Assembly: GCA_001724265.1 (NCBI GenBank)
Contig: MEDY01000055.1
Coordinates: 62,001 to 126,000 of the forward strand
Direction of reading: 5' to 3'
DNA length: 64,000 nt
DNA from: Rhizaria sp. SCN 62-66
Taxonomy: Eukaryota
Shown: piece after piece, positions 58,885-64,000 of the stretch
How positions within the stretch are numbered: position 1 is the first letter of the stretch
How the letters are laid out: each line of letters opens with the position of its first letter
Made by a program: the position numbers and the translations under genes
Notes under the pieces: model-generated
Databases searched by the model: none
Seen by the model: only the letters and a program-made list of their open reading frames with translations
Told to the model about the DNA's origin: nothing

Positions 58885-61800
58885 TCAACGCGACTCCACA
58901 TCCGCTTGCTCCTCGTCGTTCCCCTTCTCATCCGACCGCGCTCCGTCGCCGGCGCGCACAAAGTGCTGCGTGGCGCTGATCACGCCCTCGGCCACGTCCT
59001 CCTTCCCACCGCCGCCAGCAGAAAGCTGCTGCTGCCTGGCCTCCTTGCGCTTCCGTCGTTTGTCGCTCTTACGCTGATCCAGCGCGTGCTTCAGCATCTG
59101 CGCTTGTGTCAGCGGCGCGATACTGAGCTGTGCATCGTTGGGCTGTGCGCTGGCGGCGTCAGCGCTATCTTCAGTGTCAGCATTGCTCGAATCAGCACCG
59201 GCAGCGCGCGGGCTAATGGCAGCAACATTGGCCTGCTTTGCATCAGGGCTTGCGGTCTTAATCGAAGCGCCATCAGTCTTCTTTCCCTTCACCGGGAAAG
59301 CAGCTGCAACAGGTGAGACTGGCTTGTTGCTTTCATGGTTGCCGTTGCCTTGCTTGCCGAGTCCAGCCACGACGTTGGCATACGTCAGCCCTGTCGTCGC
59401 CACGGTACTCTTGGCTACGGCGGCCGCGATGGCTGCGGGCCCTGAGTGCGCCGCGCCGGTCACGGCGCGCCTGCCAAGGGGCTCACCTGGCTGCGTGCTC
59501 TCCTGCGCAGTCGTGTTGCTGTCGTCGCTGTGGCGGCTCACCGTGCTTGCTGGGCTCGTGCTTACGGCGCCATGACCGCTGTCGCTCAGACTGCTGCTAA
59601 GGCTGCTGTGGCCGCCGCGCTTGCCGCCGTAGTCGCTCATGCTACTGCTGGTGATGTTGTTATTGATGTTGTTGCTCTTCTTAGCTGCAGTATTAATGTT
59701 GTTGCGCGCACCGCCGCCGCTGTTGTTCTCAGCACCAGCAGCTTTGTTATTGGTTTTTTTGCGGTTCGCTAAGTCATCCCGCGCCCGCACCCGCTGCTGC
59801 CGGCCCTCCTGTGCGCGCCCCTCGCTGCCGGTCCGGCTCTGTGCCTGACTGTATGACTGACTGTGTGCGGGGCTGCTGAAGGGGCTTTCCCCCGCCACGC
59901 CTGCCGTCGCGCTCCCGCCAACGCCACCAACGCCACTGTGCTGCGGCTGCGGTTGCTGTGGCTGCTGTTGCTGCTGCTGGGGGCGGATTTGCGGCGGGAC
60001 AAACAGTCCGCTCGGGTGGTAGTACGGCACGTCTTGCGGCGGGAACTGCTGCTGGTGCGGTGGCCTGTTGTCGTAATAAACCGCGCCGGGTGGCAGCGGC
60101 ACGGCGGCGCCGCCGTGGCGCGGGGGCGGGTAAGGGCCACCGGTGCCAGGATAACCATACTGCTGCGGCCCTGTGCTCGTGTACGGCCCAGGCCCGCCGC
60201 GCCCGCCACCGCCGCCACGCTGTTGCTGATGTTGAGGAGGCGGTGGCGGCGGCTGATAGGCGTACGCGCCGTGTGGCGTCTGTTGCTGCGGCGGCAGCGG
60301 GGGCTGCGATAAGTATATCGGCCTGTGCGACTCGCTGCCGCTACCTGCGCGTCCGCCGCGACCCCCGCCGCCGCCGCCGCTGCTGGGGCGCGAGTACGGC
60401 CCCTGATACGGCGGCGGCGCGTGCTGGGGGTGCTGCGGCGGCACGTACACGCCCGCGCTGGTGTACCCACCATAGGCGTACGCGTGGGCTGCGTGGGGCG
60501 GCGGCGAGTTGTGCATGCGTTGCGCCTGCGCCATAGCCTGCAGCTGCTGCGGGGAGTACTGGTACTGCTGCATGTGTTGCGGCTGCTGCGGCGGCGGCTG
60601 CTGCGGCGGCTGCTGCACTGTAAGTGGCGGCGGCGGGGCTTGGCTTGGTGGGTAGTAGATACCGCCGCGCGACATGTACTGCTGCGGGGGGGCGAATTGG
60701 CCTCCGTGGCCACCGTGGAACTGGCCGTGAGCGCCGTGACCTTGCGCACCGGGCCCGTAGACGCCGCCGGGGCCGTGGGCGTAGCCGCTCTGCGGGGGCT
60801 GGTACGGCGATGACAAGTAGATTGGCATCCGCTGCTGCTGTTGCTGCTGTGGCTGCTGCTGAGAGGGTTGTTGCTGCGAAGGTTGCGGCTGCAACGGCGG
60901 CGGCGGTGAGCCCCCAGCAGCAGCCTGGGTCGAAGGTCCGCGAGGATATTGGGCCATGCCACCAGTACCAAGACTGGTACCGGCACCGTTAACTCCGCTT
61001 CCACTGCTGGCTGCAAGAGCGCGCTGCTGCGCGTTCATGAAAACCTGCTGCGCGTGCTGCTGGTGCTGTTGCTGTAGCTCAGCAGCGCGTGCCGCGTCCG
61101 AGGCTGCCTGCCGCGCTTGTTGCGCCGGCTCGCCGTACTCCTGGACACCGCCTTTGAACCGCTGCCCCTGCTGGCGACGGCGACGACCACCGTCGGCTCC
61201 ATCTTCCTCTGCGTAGTCACCGCCTGTCGTCGTGTAGCTCTCGCGGGCCCCGTCGCCGTGTCTGCGGCCGCCTCCAAACCCGTGCCCGTGACCGTGGCCG
61301 TAGCCGTGGCCGTGCCCATGGGCACCCTTCAGGCCGCCGCCGAGCCCAGAGGCTGCGGTCATGGCGGCGACGGCGGCAATGGCCTGCTCTTTGGAGCCGG
61401 TGTAGCCCGGCGCAAACACCGGCGCAAGGCCGCCCATGAGCGTCCTCCGGTTGGCTGCGACCTCGCTCAGCTCGTCGCCGCCCGCGCCAACGCTGGCGCC
61501 TGCGGCAAGGCTCGCGCTTGCGCTCAGGTTGGCACCATCACCGAGACCGAGCGCGTGGCCCTGCGCGTGCCCGTCGTGGTGTCCGGCGTGCGCGGCCTCC
61601 TCCGCCGCCGCGAGCGCCGCCGTGGCCTGCAGGACGTCCCCGGGCCCCACGACGGCGGCGGCCGCGGTGGCGCCACGCGGCAGCCGGTCTAGCGGCAGCA
61701 GCGCCGTCACGGGCATGGGCGAGACCTGCGTTGTTGCGCTCAGCCGCAGCTGCTCGAGAATCGTCGCGATGTCCGCAGCAGCCACCACGTGCGACTGCGT

Positions 61801-63228
61801 CTGCGGCTCGAACGCGCCGGCGCCGTCAGCAGCGGTCGCGGAAACCGCGGGAGTGGCCTCGGCGGCGTGGTCGGAGCCGCCCGAGACGGAGCCCTCGCGA
61901 CTGCCGGCGCCTCCGCTGCTCGTGCTGCTACTACTGCCCGCGCGGGCGCGGGTGGCGCCGCCGCGCTTGCCGACATGCTTAACGCTGCCACCTTGGCTAT
62001 CGCTGTCGGTCAGAACAGGCGCAGGCTTAAGAACTTCGCTGAACGGCCCGTGCGTCCTCTTACCGGTGCCGCGGTTGGCCTTATCAACGTTCTCTTTGTC
62101 CCCCGTGTTGCCCTCGCCGTGGGCTTCCCCTTCGTCTTCGTCGGTAGCGGGGCTGTGCGCCAGGAGCTGGCTCACCCACTCAGTGCGCTTTGCTAAGCCC
62201 TCCTCGTCCGCAGCGGCACCTTCTTCGCTCTCTGCCTTTGCAGCAGCAACGTGAGCGCCACTGCGCTCGGTAGATGTGGGAGGAAGCTGACTTGAAGCGG
62301 CCTTGTCACCGCTAGCCTGCTGCCCACGCATGTGCGCCTTGCGCCCGCCCGCGCCGCCGCCGTGCCTGCCGTGCGCAGCAGCAGTGGCAGCGGAGGCGGC
62401 GGCGCTGACAGCAACGCCAGTAACTGTGCTCTGCATCGGCACAGGCGCAGGGCCGTGCGCAATAAAGTGGTCTAACTCGGCACGGCGCTCCTGGGTAGCG
62501 ATAAGCAAAACAATAACGAGGTGAGAATCAAAGGAGCCCGAATGTGAGATGTGACTGTGATTTATCATAGACAACTGCAAACTCGATCATAGACAACTGC
62601 AAACTCGAATCTCAAGTTCGCTGCTTTGTAAGTGAATATACAAATAAAAACATACCTCAGTCTCAACCTTTTCGAGCTTGGCAAGCCGCTCACTGGGACA
62701 CAGCAGCCAGTACTCGTTATCGTTCTTCTTCGCCCTCACCTCGTCGTGGATGAAGCGACAGCGCGTCCCGAACCGGCACATGCGTGCGAGGTGGTAATTC
62801 TGGCACAGCTCCGTCTTGTACCGCGGGCCAAACACGCGCGGGCGGATTTCTTCCACGCCGTGCGCGTAGTGGCATGCGTCGCCGAAGGGGCAGTGCGCGA
62901 GGTCGCGGAAGAGCGTGCACATCTCCGTCTTGTACGTTTCCACCACGGCCGGCGGCAGCGACGGGTGCGCGGCGCGCGCCAGTGCGGCGGGGCTAGGCTG
63001 CGGGGCAATGCCCGCGGGGCCGGCGCCGCTGGCTGCAGCGGCGGTGTCGGGGCCGCTGTGGTACGGCGGGGACTGCTCGTGGGTACCGTACCCGTGCCCG
63101 TAGGGCTGGTTCTGAGAGAACTCTTGACGTTGGGCGTGAGGCTGACCGTGACCGGAGGCAGAAAGCAGTGCAGCGTCAGGGCCGCCAAGTGGGGCCTGAT
63201 TGGACGTTGATGCAATCTGGCTGCTCAT
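58885..63228 (-). CDS. TIS11/ZFP36 (tristetraprolin)-family tandem CCCH zinc-finger RNA-binding protein, ~1,392 aa; exons 63228..62656 and 62490..58885
   Basis: Two C-x8-C-x5-C-x3-H fingers, each with the family lead-in (YKTEMC...CPFGDACHYAH; RYKTELC...CRFGTRCRFIH). A phase-0 intron joins KVETE to ERRAELD. Long Q/P/G/Y-rich tail; stop TGA. Confidence 0.88.
62491..62655 (-). other. Intron (165 nt, phase 0) in the CCCH gene
   Basis: Minus-strand GAG|GTATGT donor and ...TTTTGCTTATCGCTACCCAG acceptor. AT-rich, and removal joins the two minus-strand ORFs in frame. Confidence 0.85.
62564..62607. repeat. Perfect 22-bp tandem duplication (ATCATAGACAACTGCAAACTCG x2) inside the intron
   Basis: Identical copies at 62564-62585 and 62586-62607. 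Confidence 0.9.
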
Positions 63229-64000
63229 GGCGTCGGCTTCAAAGCAGCAACGCGCAGCTGAGCAGAACAGAGTCTAGCGACTCTTGGAGCTAGGTGACGA
63301 TTGTCTCTCCGCTGAGGGATAGAACAAGCGCGGTTGTGGGGGAAGCGAAATAAAGAGTGAAGTTCTGAAACTGAATGTCTGAGACGGTGTCACACAAAGT
63401 ATATCGTGATTGAGAATGAATGTGTGAGATCGGGCAAAGAGGGTCTTGGTCGAGGTCAGGGTCAGCACGGCCGAATCATGAAGATATGCCATAGTTAATC
63501 ATTGGTCAGTCCAAATATGAGCAAAAGAAGAGTAATAATACAACTTAAACAAAGTTATATAGGATATAGTATGCTTATATATGAGGTCTAGGCCTCGATC
63601 TTGCAGTATTATTTCGGCAACAACTTGAAGACCTGCGAGATCAGGCCTGAAAAAAATGAGTAGGTATATCGTAGAAACAATCACTCTGGAAGCTGTTCGC
63701 ATAATGCCACAGCTGATATGCTCATAAATAACTTGAATTGCATGATATCACTGCTATTCCCCCTCAATAACCCCAGAACCAATGTCATTTCTTGAGGTTT
63801 GGCTCACGGCGCAGCACGCAACGGCAACAACTTGGTCCGTCCAGTCGGACGGCCGCAGTGGGGTTCGCAAAAATTTGACGGTCGAAGCGAGTCGCTCGGC
63901 CAAATCGGCGAAGGTCAGCTTCGGCACGGTTTGGCGAGTTCAATATACAGCTTGATGGTGTGGATGTGATGTTATTATCAGATATGGATGTTTTTTTATT

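Noticed and set aside
63274-63492. Upstream minus-strand ORF in frame with the CCCH gene and separated from it by a TAG
   Set aside because: AT-rich, non-coding-like composition typical of a 5' UTR or intron, so it is not counted as evidence for UAG recoding.
1-64000. CRISPR arrays, transposases, tRNA or rRNA genes
   Set aside because: No repeat-spacer arrays, terminal repeats, transposase/RT motifs or recognisable structural RNA genes were seen. The repeats present are coding microsatellites.

Overview
GC-rich eukaryotic (protist-like) genomic DNA with short AT-rich intergenic spacers and a few AT-rich GT-AG introns. Six protein-coding genes are supported: the 3' part of a CDC7-type kinase (+, one intron); a gigantic, apparently intronless four-domain voltage-gated Ca2+/Na+-channel-family gene (+, 2646-40190, about 12,500 codons); a nucleolin/NSR1-like two-RRM protein (+); a three-exon SUN-domain nuclear envelope protein (+); a ~3,490-aa low-complexity protein with weak TAF1A/Rrn11-like motifs (+); and a TIS11/ZFP36-type tandem CCCH zinc-finger protein (-, one intron). 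The channel is the most striking element. It is roughly six times the usual size and has a DEP-like domain after repeat I, an inferred E-D-D-D filter and S4 charges decreasing from repeat I to IV. A single in-frame TAG (6312-6314) lies inside the conserved repeat I pore turret, pointing to readthrough, UAG recoding, RNA editing, a recent nonsense allele or a sequencing error. None of the six gene models ends in TAG. All homology calls come from motif recognition by eye; no searches were run.
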